Origin: Candidatus Poribacteria bacterium
GTDB lineage: Bacteria; Poribacteria; WGA-4E; UBA9662
Assembly (NCBI GenBank): GCA_036339735.1
Contig: JAYZAL010000042.1
Span: 1-54,893, forward strand
DNA length: 54,893 bases
Reading direction: 5' to 3'
Under the pieces are notes generated by a model that was not told the DNA's origin, did no database searches, and worked only from the letters and a program-made list of their open reading frames with translations. The position numbers and the translations under genes were made by a program. Shown in pieces: positions 38,779 through 49,030 of the stretch. How positions within the stretch are numbered: the stretch's first letter is position 1; each line of letters starts with the position of its first letter.

Positions 38779-39720
38779 CTATCGATTCAAAGTTTGATTG
38801 ATAGTTTGTAGCAGAGAAGTTTGATCCGTGGTATCCTGTCCTATCTCCCAAATCATTATTCCTGCTAATTTTTTCTGTAATGAATATTGAACTTTCTTAC
38901 GAACAAGTTGTTGTCCGTTGAAGTATATTCCTCCTACCAAATCAACGTCCTCTGATAGATCGAACTGTCTGACCAAATCTGAGTAGGCCATCGCTTGGTT
39001 CCAATTTTGGAGAGATCTACCATAGAAAGGGATACCTAAACACAGTTTTCCGGGCTGAATACCAAATCTTAATTGTTGTGAAACATCCGATAAACTCTGC
39101 TGATAAGTTGAGTGTTGGTCTGGATGATCATAGGACATAAGATGAATATAATCAATGATTTGATATACAGATTCGCCTAATTTTGTATGTGGATTAACCG
39201 CAACAGTAACCAACAGTCGAAATTTAGAGAAAACAGATTTAGTCTCGATTAATAATTTTTCGTACGCACTAGCCTCTTCTTGGCTTTTGGGGAATTCCCA
39301 ATCAAAATCAACGCCATCGATCTTCTGGAGTAGACAGAAATTTTTCAACTGATGGATGAAGTTCTGGCGTAAATCCTTATTGAGTGCCATACCGGCAAAA
39401 CCTTGGCTTCGTCCCCAGCCTCCGATACTTATCAAAAATCGAACATTATGTTTTCGTGTGATCTCTCTCAAAGTCCCGAAAGATGATTCGTTAATACGAC
39501 TCAGATCTAACCCGCCTGACTCATCTGGCTCAATTGAAAAGTAAATCAGGTCCGTTAGTAGTTTAATCCAAGATAAATTTAACTGATCGACTCGGTAGTC
39601 AGGTAAATATCCAACCACACGAAATTGACGATTGCATTCCGATTGACTATCTAAAATTTTAAAATCAGAAGTCATCAATAAAAACAGGAAAATTACAGTC
39701 AGAGGTCGTACGTATAACAT
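38779..39720 (-). CDS. Glycoside hydrolase family 18 (chitinase-like)
   Basis: SIGGW, intact catalytic DGVDFDWE (DxxDxDxE), LMSYD, GIPFYGR, GIMIWEIGQD; hydrophobic N-terminus. Confidence 0.94.
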   Translation of the reverse strand: MLYVRPLTVIFLFLLMTSDFKILDSQSECNRQFRVVGYLPDYRVDQLNLSWIKLLTDLIYFSIEPDESGGLDLSRINESSFGTLREITRKHNVRFLISIGGWGRSQGFAGMALNKDLRQNFIHQLKNFCLLQKIDGVDFDWEFPKSQEEASAYEKLLIETKSVFSKFRLLVTVAVNPHTKLGESVYQIIDYIHLMSYDHPDQHSTYQQSLSDVSQQLRFGIQPGKLCLGIPFYGRSLQNWNQAMAYSDLVRQFDLSEDVDLVGGIYFNGQQLVRKKVQYSLQKKLAGIMIWEIGQDTTDQTSLLQTINQTLNR

Positions 39721-40011
39721 TTTTATTTGATCTATTTATACTTCCGATAATATTTGTGACATATAGTATAACTTGGGTTTAAAACGGTTGTTGTTGATCA
39801 GATCTGGTCACGGATTGCAGTTTGACATCCCATTTTTGAAATGGTCTGTACTAGCTTGCAGCCAACAGGAAAGACAGAAATTTTTTAATTGTGCAAACAG
39901 AAAATTCCAGGTAGCTAAATTTGGAGAGAGTATATGCAGTCATAGTTAGTTCTATATTGTCAAAACCGCTATGTCTACTTTTTGGTCTTCACCAGTAATG
40001 ATCATTTAAAA

Positions 40012-41001
40012 TCAGCCAAATACTTGGCAATAAAAACTATCTCGCCCTAGTCTATTAAGATATTGTATCTTTCTTTGTTCATAGAAACTGCTACTATTCC
40101 CTCTTTCGAAAAACCATAAACAATCAATCAAGACACTCAATTTATAAACGTCAAAGAAGTATTTTTTTTCAACTGAATTTAACGGTCGGAATTTTTGATA
40201 TTCTGATACTGTTCTTTTAACACTTTTAAAATTGAATATTTCATCATCTAAACCGAAGTGATGCCAAGTATTCCAGCCAAAAGACGGGATGAATAGATTG
40301 ATATCGATGAGGCAAGCTAAATCAAAGGTTAAAAAAGTATAGTTCGCATCATCAAAATCCAGTAATGCACAAAAAGTATTGCCTTCAAAAAGAACGTTCG
40401 AGAAATGGAAATCACAATGGCAAATGCCTTTTGGTAAAGACATCGGCAATACTAATTCTGATAATTGACGTCGATACCAAATCAATTTCTTTTGCGCGCT
40501 CTCTGTTGCTAATTCAGTAGCTATATTCTCTGCTAGTATTTCACACAGTTCAATTCCATAATTCCACCGATGTCGAGTGTAAGTTGGTCGATAATTCTTG
40601 GTCAAATTCTGTAGCTGAGCTACTTTTTCGATTAACCGTAGTCGTTGTTTTTCATTTGGTTGCTCGATATGTACGCCCTCAATAAATTCGAAAATAGCAT
40701 ATGGTTTATTCTTGAAATATGCAGCAAATTTACCTCTCTTATTTCTCAAAATGTCGGGGCACGGGTATTTTCTCTTTTTGAGATACTTAATTAGGTTGAC
40801 TTCAAATAGGACCGAGTGAAATGACCTATTTCGCTCATAGTATCTTAGTACGAACCTTCCACGCGTTGTGTAAACTAGAATGTTTGTTTGAACCGTTCCA
40901 GCCTCAAAAGAATCAAAACTTTTAACCTCACCAAGGTTATAGTTTGTAAATATTTTTTTTATGTCGCAGCTTTTTATCGTCGATTTTTTAGTGGGTAACA
41001 T
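40012..41001 (-). CDS. Phosphotransferase (APH / homoserine kinase type II-like)
   Basis: GTVQTN, FVLRYYE, CHCDFHFSNVLF catalytic loop, LLDFDDA. Confidence 0.85.
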   Translation of the reverse strand: MLPTKKSTIKSCDIKKIFTNYNLGEVKSFDSFEAGTVQTNILVYTTRGRFVLRYYERNRSFHSVLFEVNLIKYLKKRKYPCPDILRNKRGKFAAYFKNKPYAIFEFIEGVHIEQPNEKQRLRLIEKVAQLQNLTKNYRPTYTRHRWNYGIELCEILAENIATELATESAQKKLIWYRRQLSELVLPMSLPKGICHCDFHFSNVLFEGNTFCALLDFDDANYTFLTFDLACLIDINLFIPSFGWNTWHHFGLDDEIFNFKSVKRTVSEYQKFRPLNSVEKKYFFDVYKLSVLIDCLWFFERGNSSSFYEQRKIQYLNRLGRDSFYCQVFG

Positions 41002-41215
41002 TTTTGTTTGCTATTTATTTGGTCTCCGAATGTTTAATGATAATTCTCGAATCATCATAGAATTCACCGAACGAAAACAGGGGGTGCGATATTAGCAAGT
41101 TAATGTCTCTAAAAATACTTGACTCGACTATCAACCTTATTGACATAGATGTGAGTATGTTTCAGGATTGTCTCTTCACCGAAAATAATAATTATGTATA
41201 CTGCTTCCGAGACGA

Positions 41216-42292
41216 TTAGCTAATTGTAAGGATTGTATCTAGATCGGGATAAATCTTTCGCTGAAAATCACGATTAATTTTTTTATGGCGAAAATGAAAA
41301 TCCATAAAATCTAATAAGGCAGTGTAGTCTTCTAATAAGTGAGCATGCCCACTTTCTCGATAAGACCAGCCAATAGATTTTTTTTGCTTCAACATCTGAT
41401 AAACTTGCTGTGCAGAAATCGCTGCAGCATAAGTGCCGGCTGGATTGGCAGCATGGTCTTCATACGCTTCAGTAAGCAAAAGCTTTCTTGGTGCGACCAA
41501 AGCATGCAAGTAGTGATTATCGTACGGTAACTGATCGTCCCGGTCTCGGTAGGATGCAAATTTTTCACCGAACCAAAATATATTTCCCGAATCAAAGAAA
41601 CTATCGATGACTTCACTACCCTTCATTTTCAAACGGTTTGGCGCAGCACCTCCTACGCCTGAGTTATTCGGATTAGTAATGGCCACGCGTTCATCTGTCG
41701 CACCTGCTAGAAGAGCAGTTTTCCCGCCTCTAGAATGACCTGTGATGGCAATAGCTTCACTATTCACTCTTTCAATTGTTATCAAAGCATCAACAGATCG
41801 ATGAACAGCCCAAGCCCAGGCAGCACACACGCCAAATTTTGCACTGGGAAATAATCGGTACAAGCCAGTATTCCGGTAAGAATCCTTATTGTCTGCTGCA
41901 ACTTGTGTACGGTCAATACTTGCGGCGATATAACCCCGCTTCAAGATATTATGGATGACTTGGTCATTAAAATAACGCCAGCAACCATCAATATCTAGCA
42001 CTGTACAAAAAGGGCCATCACCAAATGGTATCCAAAGTGATATTGTTAGAGAAATCGGACGTATGTCATGAAACCAAATATCGATTTGGTAAGTAGCATA
42101 CTCAGCACCATCCCAATCGTGAATTCTGTTGTTGGCACGACGGATTACATCGACGTTTGTGGGCTTTGGTGGCATGCCACCAAATTGGTGCGATATGATA
42201 GCTGCAGCCAATTCTTGGCGTCGAAGAACCCAAGAACTTTTTTCAACCGGTGAACCATCACTATGAACAAGAAGATTGGGCGTTAATAACAA
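41216..42292 (-). CDS. Alpha/beta hydrolase, CE15 glucuronoyl-esterase-like
   Basis: AAWAWAVHRSVD, nucleophile motif GHSRGGK, GATDERVA, NSGVGGA, LPYDNHYLHALVAPR, SGH. Confidence 0.88.
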   Translation of the reverse strand: MLLTPNLLVHSDGSPVEKSSWVLRRQELAAAIISHQFGGMPPKPTNVDVIRRANNRIHDWDGAEYATYQIDIWFHDIRPISLTISLWIPFGDGPFCTVLDIDGCWRYFNDQVIHNILKRGYIAASIDRTQVAADNKDSYRNTGLYRLFPSAKFGVCAAWAWAVHRSVDALITIERVNSEAIAITGHSRGGKTALLAGATDERVAITNPNNSGVGGAAPNRLKMKGSEVIDSFFDSGNIFWFGEKFASYRDRDDQLPYDNHYLHALVAPRKLLLTEAYEDHAANPAGTYAAAISAQQVYQMLKQKKSIGWSYRESGHAHLLEDYTALLDFMDFHFRHKKINRDFQRKIYPDLDTILTIS

Positions 42293-43073
42293 AGCTTTAA
42301 CTTTCCTTTTTAATTATAAATTTACTGAAACCGTTGTACTTGCTTAGTAAATCTGCAAACATTCTAAAATATTAGATCCTAAAACATCCTCTGATCAACT
42401 ATACCTAAATCTCATTTACTTTTATTACCAAAAAGTAGCAGTTGTAATAACGACTAGCTTAATCACCCCCACTATTATGAAATGACAAACTATTCTCGAC
42501 ATACGCTGACAGTCTAAGTATATTTCAATTCTGTAGTACTGAATATGCAATTTTCTTAACTTTTACACGTATCTTGAAAACAGATTGAATATCCTCAGGG
42601 GTAATCATAAACGAAGGGACAAGAGTAAATGACTACTAAATAATTCAACATTTGGTTTAGAGGTTTTATTCATGAAATCAAAAGCGTAAGTAGAGATGTT
42701 TGCTACAAGCACGAGAATTAGAGAGAAATATTTTATTCTTCATTTGTGGACTTGGTATATATTTCCATGCCCTTAATCGGTTTTTCTTAGAATGTATGTC
42801 GACTAAATGCATAATCAAATCAGTTTTAAATAGCCGTATTTTCTTAGATGGTAAGGTGATTATGATGAGTTTACCAATACTGTTTACTACAGAAAATCTA
42901 GTTGAAATTTTAAGCGGTTTCTATAAGAATGGGGGTAACCACATGAGAGATGTGCGAACGAAATTTAATCAGATAATATCCTTCATTGTTTCCTCACTTC
43001 GTGAGTAAGAACGGATGTTTCGTAGTTTACCAACTCATGAGCTTAATTATATTCATAGATTAATGGAATTAGA

Positions 43074-43994
43074 ATGTCAGTAAATGAAGCGTACGGTTCA
43101 AACAAAGTTGTTATCAGTATACTCAATTCAATGGCGGGTTCATCATTTGAAACTGCCTTAGACCAACATGTCTTGTGGGGGATTAATTACTTAGATTTAA
43201 AAGATTGTATCTGGGGAAAAAGTATTGTTGAGTTGACCATTGATGAAGCCAGAAAGGCTGCTCAAATTATTAAAAGAAGAAGTTTATCGGTCTATTGTTT
43301 ATCAACCGTCTTATTCGGTGGAGACATCGAGTTAGGACAATCATACTTTCAGTCTAATTATTTTAATAGAATCAATCATCTAATCGAAATTGCTAAAATA
43401 TTTCAGCCCCGGTTCATACGTTTACTGGCAGCTAAAACAGCCTGCAGAAGTATGATCAGTCACAGTGTAGATTACCTTCAACAAAAACATGAATGGTTAA
43501 TCCCATTATATATTGCCGCTATTGACCGGATTCAAGAAGGATATTTTTCCTCTTTAGCATCTCAGTTTCACCATGGTACAACTATCGAAAATGAAGCGCA
43601 CAATTGTATCTTCTCAAATCCAAAGGAGATTGTCGATTTTTTTAAACTACTTGATAGGCCTCAATCGGTTGCATTAACTTGGGATGTACAAAATCTGTGG
43701 CAAATGGGAACATTTCCAACAATTGATGTTTATTATCAGCTCAAGAATCTAATCCGTTATTATCATTTGAAGGGTGGACAATTCCGAGGAGGCAGTCAAA
43801 GTTTGTATTGGAAATCAAATTTATCAGATGCATCTTGGCCCGTGGTTGAGATCACACGGCAAGTTGTTATCGATGGTATCAGTCCCGTAATTTGCTTGAA
43901 TCCTTCCCATGGTCAAGCCAAAAGCGGATACGACTATCATAATTCTAGCATCAGAGATATCAAGTTTACTCGTCGACTAATTAGGGAAATATAA
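43074..43994 (+). CDS. Xylose isomerase-like TIM barrel protein (sugar phosphate isomerase/epimerase superfamily)
   Basis: YLDLKDCIWGKSIVEL, FIRLL, IENE, TWDVQN and YHLKG metal-site-type motifs. Confidence 0.75.
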   Translation: MSVNEAYGSNKVVISILNSMAGSSFETALDQHVLWGINYLDLKDCIWGKSIVELTIDEARKAAQIIKRRSLSVYCLSTVLFGGDIELGQSYFQSNYFNRINHLIEIAKIFQPRFIRLLAAKTACRSMISHSVDYLQQKHEWLIPLYIAAIDRIQEGYFSSLASQFHHGTTIENEAHNCIFSNPKEIVDFFKLLDRPQSVALTWDVQNLWQMGTFPTIDVYYQLKNLIRYYHLKGGQFRGGSQSLYWKSNLSDASWPVVEITRQVVIDGISPVICLNPSHGQAKSGYDYHNSSIRDIKFTRRLIREI

Positions 43995-44380
43995 TTGTAG
44001 GGTTATTTTCCTCCGATCTAAAATTTTCATTATTTCCTCAGCAAGATCGAACTATGCCAAATTACCTCCCCATAACTGATTTTCACGCACATACACCAAT
44101 AAACTTATAGAAAATATTATGTAGAGAAATGGTCTGCCATGACAAGCCAACGATGGTCTATACCCATAAGTGATTTAGAATAGAACTGTCGATACGAATG
44201 GGAATTATTTTTCGCAGAGATTGTCGAATTACCAATTGGTTGGTCCGTATAGAAGTCAAAACGAGTCACAATCACCTCCACGTATTGATTCTGCACTACA
44301 TTTTCTAATCTGAAGGTAGAATTCTGGTATGTACAACGGTTTACCAGCGTGAACAAATTGAAGTCAAAATAGGACGGAGA

Positions 44381-45427
44381 TTAACCGACAGCGAGTAATT
44401 CCCCTTTTGACAATAAAGCAGATTCGTAAACTTCCATCAGGTGAAAAGCAAACTTCAATGAACCGAGTTGAGCAGGTGTCTGACTCAAAATACATTGGCA
44501 AAAATAGTTCATTTCCTGATAGAACCCTTGAGTGAATAGGGCTTTATTTTCCAAAGTGGCTAATCCATTCTGAGGTTCCCACATAATGGCACCGCTATCG
44601 AATCCTTCAGGAACATAGTCAGTTGTACTCGTATACTGAAAAGGGATGCCACGTTGCCAAGTAATTCGCAAATTATTGTCAATATTAGCTTGGCTACCAT
44701 CACCAAAAAAACTATATTGCTCAATTGGCTGCCCACTTCCACCACCAGCTGCCAGATGTAGATTGCCGACAACTCCTGAATCGAAGGACAAAATACACAC
44801 ACCTCCTCCATTTTTACCCCGATGTGTTAATACTGAATCGACGGTACCACCAACTGCCAACATTAGTGAGAGAGGATGACAGCCGTTTTGCAACCAGTTT
44901 GTATGGATGTGTTCATCTAAAATTTTTTCTCCGTTTGATGGAATCGTCATCGGATAAATAGCCAACATGGATTTCAATTGACCAAATTCTGATTGGTTCA
45001 CGATTTCAATCACTTTTCTGGTGCTCGGCATAAAGACTTTTTTGAACCCGACGACTACCACTTTCCCTTGCTGTTTTTCTATCATCTGCTGAACTTGTTC
45101 AGCTCTCATCGCAGGTGGTTTTTCCAACCAAACATGCAGGCCTGCATCCAAAGCCTGAATCGTCAGTTGCGGGTGTAGTCGAGGTGGTGCAGCAATGAAG
45201 ACTGCGTCCAAGCACTCTTTTGTTAGCATTTCCTCGATTCGTTGATAACAATTGGAAACACCATATTGGCGAGCCGTAATTCTAGCTCGATCTAAATCCA
45301 CGTCACAAAATGCTTTTAGTTCGACTGGCAGAAAATTCATCGTTGGGAGGATATTTCGGTAGGCATGAGTTCCGACACCAACCAAACCAACACTTAACTT
45401 GTTTGAAAAATCTCTTTGATAGCTCAT
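44381..45427 (-). CDS. Gfo/Idh/MocA family oxidoreductase
   Basis: VGLVGVGTHA, LDAVFIAAPPRLHP, WLEKPPA, VGFKKVF, NGCHPLS. Confidence 0.92.
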   Translation of the reverse strand: MSYQRDFSNKLSVGLVGVGTHAYRNILPTMNFLPVELKAFCDVDLDRARITARQYGVSNCYQRIEEMLTKECLDAVFIAAPPRLHPQLTIQALDAGLHVWLEKPPAMRAEQVQQMIEKQQGKVVVVGFKKVFMPSTRKVIEIVNQSEFGQLKSMLAIYPMTIPSNGEKILDEHIHTNWLQNGCHPLSLMLAVGGTVDSVLTHRGKNGGGVCILSFDSGVVGNLHLAAGGGSGQPIEQYSFFGDGSQANIDNNLRITWQRGIPFQYTSTTDYVPEGFDSGAIMWEPQNGLATLENKALFTQGFYQEMNYFCQCILSQTPAQLGSLKFAFHLMEVYESALLSKGELLAVG

Positions 45428-45718
45428 TATAAATTCAATTAAATATAGTCAAAATCCAATAAAATGATGAAGAGTAAAAACTCTTCCACGCATTACAAAA
45501 ATCACCAACGACTACAATTTTTTCAGTCAAAGTAGAACAAAAGTAGATTCCGTTTTCACAGAGCAGATTGATTATGATCTGATACTCAGTGACCTTTGTA
45601 AAAATAAGGCGATCGTAAATGAAGCTTCTTTTCTATTTTTGATCCTTTTTTTGCAACCATAGTAACGCTACCAAGTTTTTTAGTACTAACAGATCCATTC
45701 TGGTAAAGATTTGCACAG

Positions 45719-46519
45719 TTACTTATCTAGAATAGGACGATTTAACCGTGAGTGGTAAGGTGGTTCCATCACACTTCTCTGGCGGTTGTCAGCCCATTCT
45801 GGTACTGGATAAGCCGGTACATATGCCAGATTTCCCGCCGTATATCGCGTTAAAATTGACCTTCTGTCCTGTTCAGATTTCCAAGGAATAGCACCATGTG
45901 TAACTGCCTCGGTAAATATCACCACACTACCAGCTTTGCAGGCTACTTGTCGTACCTGTTTCTGATGCTTTTGATAGCGGCGAATAGAATCAGGACAAGC
46001 TATATTGCTTTTGTGGCTACCTGGAATCAAGACCAATCCGCCATCACCTTCATTGACATCGGTTAATTGGAACGCAACCACCGTCAGGCCATTGTGCATC
46101 TGACCATTACGGAAGATATAATATTGATTGGGATCGAAACCTGGGCCAGAAGAACCGTGAAAAAGATGGCCCTCGGTTCCCTTATCCATTGACAATAGGA
46201 AGGGATGATGATCCATGCGAAAACCCTGGCCCAGAATTTCATTTAGGTAAGGTACAATTTTGGCGTGGGCTAACATAAGGCGAAACGGATCGCACCAGGG
46301 AGGATCTAACTTCAGCAATCCTCCCATTTCACCTCGGCCATGCTCCCCGCTCAATTCTGCTGAATTGCCATCCAATCGTTGATCCCGAGATCGAATATGC
46401 ATCCTATCCAAATTCTGGTCAATAGCTTGATTGGCAGTGGTAATTTCTTCTTGAGTCAAAACATCTTCAATAACCAAATATCCATTCAAATCAAAGAGAT
46501 AAAGTTCTTCTTGATTCAT
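45719..46519 (-). CDS. PhyH family dioxygenase, variant without the HxD aspartate
   Basis: ELYLFDLNGYLVI, FHGSSG, GGLVLIPGSHKSN, FTEAVTHG, RRSIL; GAGGA RBS. Confidence 0.88.
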   Translation of the reverse strand: MNQEELYLFDLNGYLVIEDVLTQEEITTANQAIDQNLDRMHIRSRDQRLDGNSAELSGEHGRGEMGGLLKLDPPWCDPFRLMLAHAKIVPYLNEILGQGFRMDHHPFLLSMDKGTEGHLFHGSSGPGFDPNQYYIFRNGQMHNGLTVVAFQLTDVNEGDGGLVLIPGSHKSNIACPDSIRRYQKHQKQVRQVACKAGSVVIFTEAVTHGAIPWKSEQDRRSILTRYTAGNLAYVPAYPVPEWADNRQRSVMEPPYHSRLNRPILDK

Positions 46520-47067
46520 ATAAAAGTCCTCTTTCAGATAATCAGTTCTGAAAATCTTCCCTTTAAGAGAACAAAAAGATCTTCAGAAGTTTAGACAAAA
46601 ATCGACATGCTGGACGGCTAACTTGAACCCATTATAGAAATAAAGACAATAGGATCTATGAACCTATAGAAATTATAAATTTGGCTTGTTGGTTTTCTCC
46701 TTCAAGCCAAGTTCGCAGGCTAATAGTAGAAAATTCTCAATATTTCTGTCAGATATTTACAGCATATAGTCTTTAATCCAAAACTCTTCCGTTGTTGATG
46801 ATTTTAGTATTAAGATTAGCGCAACAGATCAAGTATTTCTGGAAAACCTTTCTTTCTTGGGCAATCTCATTGTAAGCTAGCATATTATAGAACTAAGCAG
46901 AAATCAACATTCAACCGGAAGCGACCGACAAAATAAGTATTTAGCTTACGAATTCTAAGATCACACGATTACTGATAAGTCATTTTATGATTTTTCTCCC
47001 TCAATCAAGGGAAAAAATGAGATGATGTAGAACTCGACACAACTAACGCATTTGACTTTTTGCTCCA

Positions 47068-47125
47068 AGACTGGCAGAATCGAAAACGATCCGCTGGCCG
47101 ACATCGTTTTCGATTCTGCCAGTCT
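47068..47125. repeat. Perfect 23-bp inverted repeat with 12-nt loop
   Basis: AGACTGGCAGAATCGAAAACGAT (47068-47090) is the exact reverse complement of 47103-47125; loop CCGCTGGCCGAC; no poly-T tail on either side. Confidence 0.95.
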
Positions 47126-47257
47126 GTGTGCTCGCCGTTTTGGTTCTGAAATAAGGATTGTGGTGTGTATCAATCTACATTACGAAATGGTCTCGGGGTA
47201 CTATTCAGTAGGTACTATCTGAAATGGTGGCACATGCGTCAATGCATACTATCAGTA

Positions 47258-47291
47258 ATAATTTGTCAATAATTGGTGGTTGACAAATTAT
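47258..47291. promoter_or_regulatory. 12-10-12 palindrome ATAATTTGTCAA-N10-TTGACAAATTAT containing outward-facing TTGACA hexamers
   Basis: Read directly; 85 bp upstream of the sulfatase start. Confidence 0.6.
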
Positions 47292-47376
47292 GAGGAAACA
47301 CCCAATTTAGGTAGAAGGGAAAGTTTTCGTTCTGTCACAATACTGGTTCAACCGCCAAAAAACATAGAAATATCTG

Positions 47377-48738
47377 ATGAAGAATAACGAAAAGCCCAAT
47401 GTGGTTTACATTTTAACAGATCAATGGCGCGCCAAAGCGACGGGTTATAATGGGGATCCGAATGCAATCACGCCAAATATAGATCAGCTGGCTGCTGAAT
47501 CAATTAATTTTGCCAATTCCATTAGTACTTCTCCCGTTTGTACACCCGCACGAGCTGCATTGTTAACTGGTCGTTTTCCTACAACCACGGGCATGTTTAT
47601 GAATGATGTACCATTGTCACCTGAGGAGAGGAGTCTTGCCAAAGCTTTCAAAACAGGTGGTTATGATACGGCATATATAGGTAAGTGGCATGTGGACGGA
47701 CATGGTCGTGCCAGTTACATACCACCTGAACGGCGGCAAGGTTTTGATTATTGGAAAGTTTTAGAGTGTACGCATGACTATCAAAACTCTGAGTATTATG
47801 ATAACGATGACCAAGACATTAAAATATGGCCTGGATATGATGCTTTCGCACAGACGGATGATGCTTGTGCCTATATAAACCAACACTCCGAAAACCCATT
47901 TTTCTTGGTTTTATCACTTGGGCCGCCACATTTCCCGCATCATAATGCTCCCCCCAAATTCCAAAAAATGTTTTCACCCGAAGAAATCATATTCTCACCT
48001 AACGTAGCATTCGATGATTCAAAATCAGAAGCATTCACCCGAAAAGAAGCGGCGGGCTATTATGCACATATTGCGGCGTTGGACCAATGTGTAGGCGACA
48101 TCGCAGAAACACTAAAGGCTAAAGGGTTAGAAGAAAATACTATTCTCATTTTTGCCTCTGATCACGGAGAAATGTTAGGGTCTCATGACAAAAAGCCATT
48201 TACGAAACAAATCTTCTGGGATGAATCCTGTCGCGTACCTTACCTGTTGCGCTACCCTCCATTTACTTCTGAATACCAGAACCGGAAAGTGATGACCCCA
48301 TTGGGTACGGTTGATATCATGCCGACATTACTGGGATTATGTGAACTGGAAATTCCCGATACAGTCGAAGGTAGTGATTTGTCAATCTGCGTTCGCAATC
48401 CAGTTGAACTAGAAGATCATGTTGCACTTTATATGAGCGTATCGCCGTTTAGTGAAAGAAATTATCTGGATGCTGCTTATCGTGCGATTCGAACGAACCG
48501 TTATACTTTCGTTCGAACAAGTGATGGTGAGTATTATCTCTTTGATGATGTAGAAGATCCCTATCAATTAAATAATTTGGTCGGCACTCCTGAGTTGGCA
48601 GATGTTCAGAAGGATTTAGAGCAAGAGTTGTCGAAACAATTGGAAAAGATTGGTGATCCTTTCAAGAAGAAGGAATATTATCTGGAAAAGTGGGAATATG
48701 AAGTTGGTGATTTTGGGGATGTACCTTATTCGAGATAA
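47377..48738 (+). CDS. Formylglycine-dependent (Cys-type) sulfatase
   Basis: KPNVVYILTDQ, signature CTPARAALLTG, GKWH, PPH, SDHGEM; no signal peptide. Confidence 0.96.
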   Translation: MKNNEKPNVVYILTDQWRAKATGYNGDPNAITPNIDQLAAESINFANSISTSPVCTPARAALLTGRFPTTTGMFMNDVPLSPEERSLAKAFKTGGYDTAYIGKWHVDGHGRASYIPPERRQGFDYWKVLECTHDYQNSEYYDNDDQDIKIWPGYDAFAQTDDACAYINQHSENPFFLVLSLGPPHFPHHNAPPKFQKMFSPEEIIFSPNVAFDDSKSEAFTRKEAAGYYAHIAALDQCVGDIAETLKAKGLEENTILIFASDHGEMLGSHDKKPFTKQIFWDESCRVPYLLRYPPFTSEYQNRKVMTPLGTVDIMPTLLGLCELEIPDTVEGSDLSICVRNPVELEDHVALYMSVSPFSERNYLDAAYRAIRTNRYTFVRTSDGEYYLFDDVEDPYQLNNLVGTPELADVQKDLEQELSKQLEKIGDPFKKKEYYLEKWEYEVGDFGDVPYSR

Positions 48739-49030
48739 ATTCAATAACAACTCTGTTCGGATTTAACCTTTATTTACGATCGTTTAAGTAAGGTTTTATA
48801 TATTTTACAATGTAGCCGAACCCATTACACTACGCATATTCTGTTTGCAGAAAAGATTAAGAATCTGCGGTATAAGATATATTTGCTTTGGCATGTTGAT
48901 AGTTAACAGTCATCATATTCTATTTTAATTAAGTGTAATTTACAGATACTTTAGAGAAAAAGGTTTGTCTTTTGTTAGTAATTAGTTAAAAGAAGATACT
49001 GCGGAGCTAAACCGACAACTCGAGCAAATT

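Noticed and set aside
39785-39852. c-di-GMP-I riboswitch upstream of the GH18 gene
   Set aside because: The minus strand has a superficially similar first hairpin (CAGACCATTTCAAAAATGGGATG) but lacks the GNRA loop, the GCAAA core and a pairing second stem.
36931-41001. Antibiotic resistance genes (beta-lactamase, aminoglycoside phosphotransferase)
   Set aside because: Only superfamily motifs are present; the serine hydrolase has no signal peptide and the kinase looks closer to homoserine kinase type II-like proteins.
42700-43008. 102-aa ORF upstream of the TIM-barrel gene
   Set aside because: TTG start, no recognisable motif, composition like translated AT-rich intergenic DNA; cannot be supported.
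44117-44356. 79-aa ORF downstream of the Gfo/Idh/MocA gene
   Set aside because: No RBS or recognisable motif; could be a remnant but nothing in the sequence supports a call.
46985-47173. 62-aa minus-strand ORF spanning the 23-bp hairpin
   Set aside because: No RBS or protein-like features; better explained as non-coding palindrome sequence.
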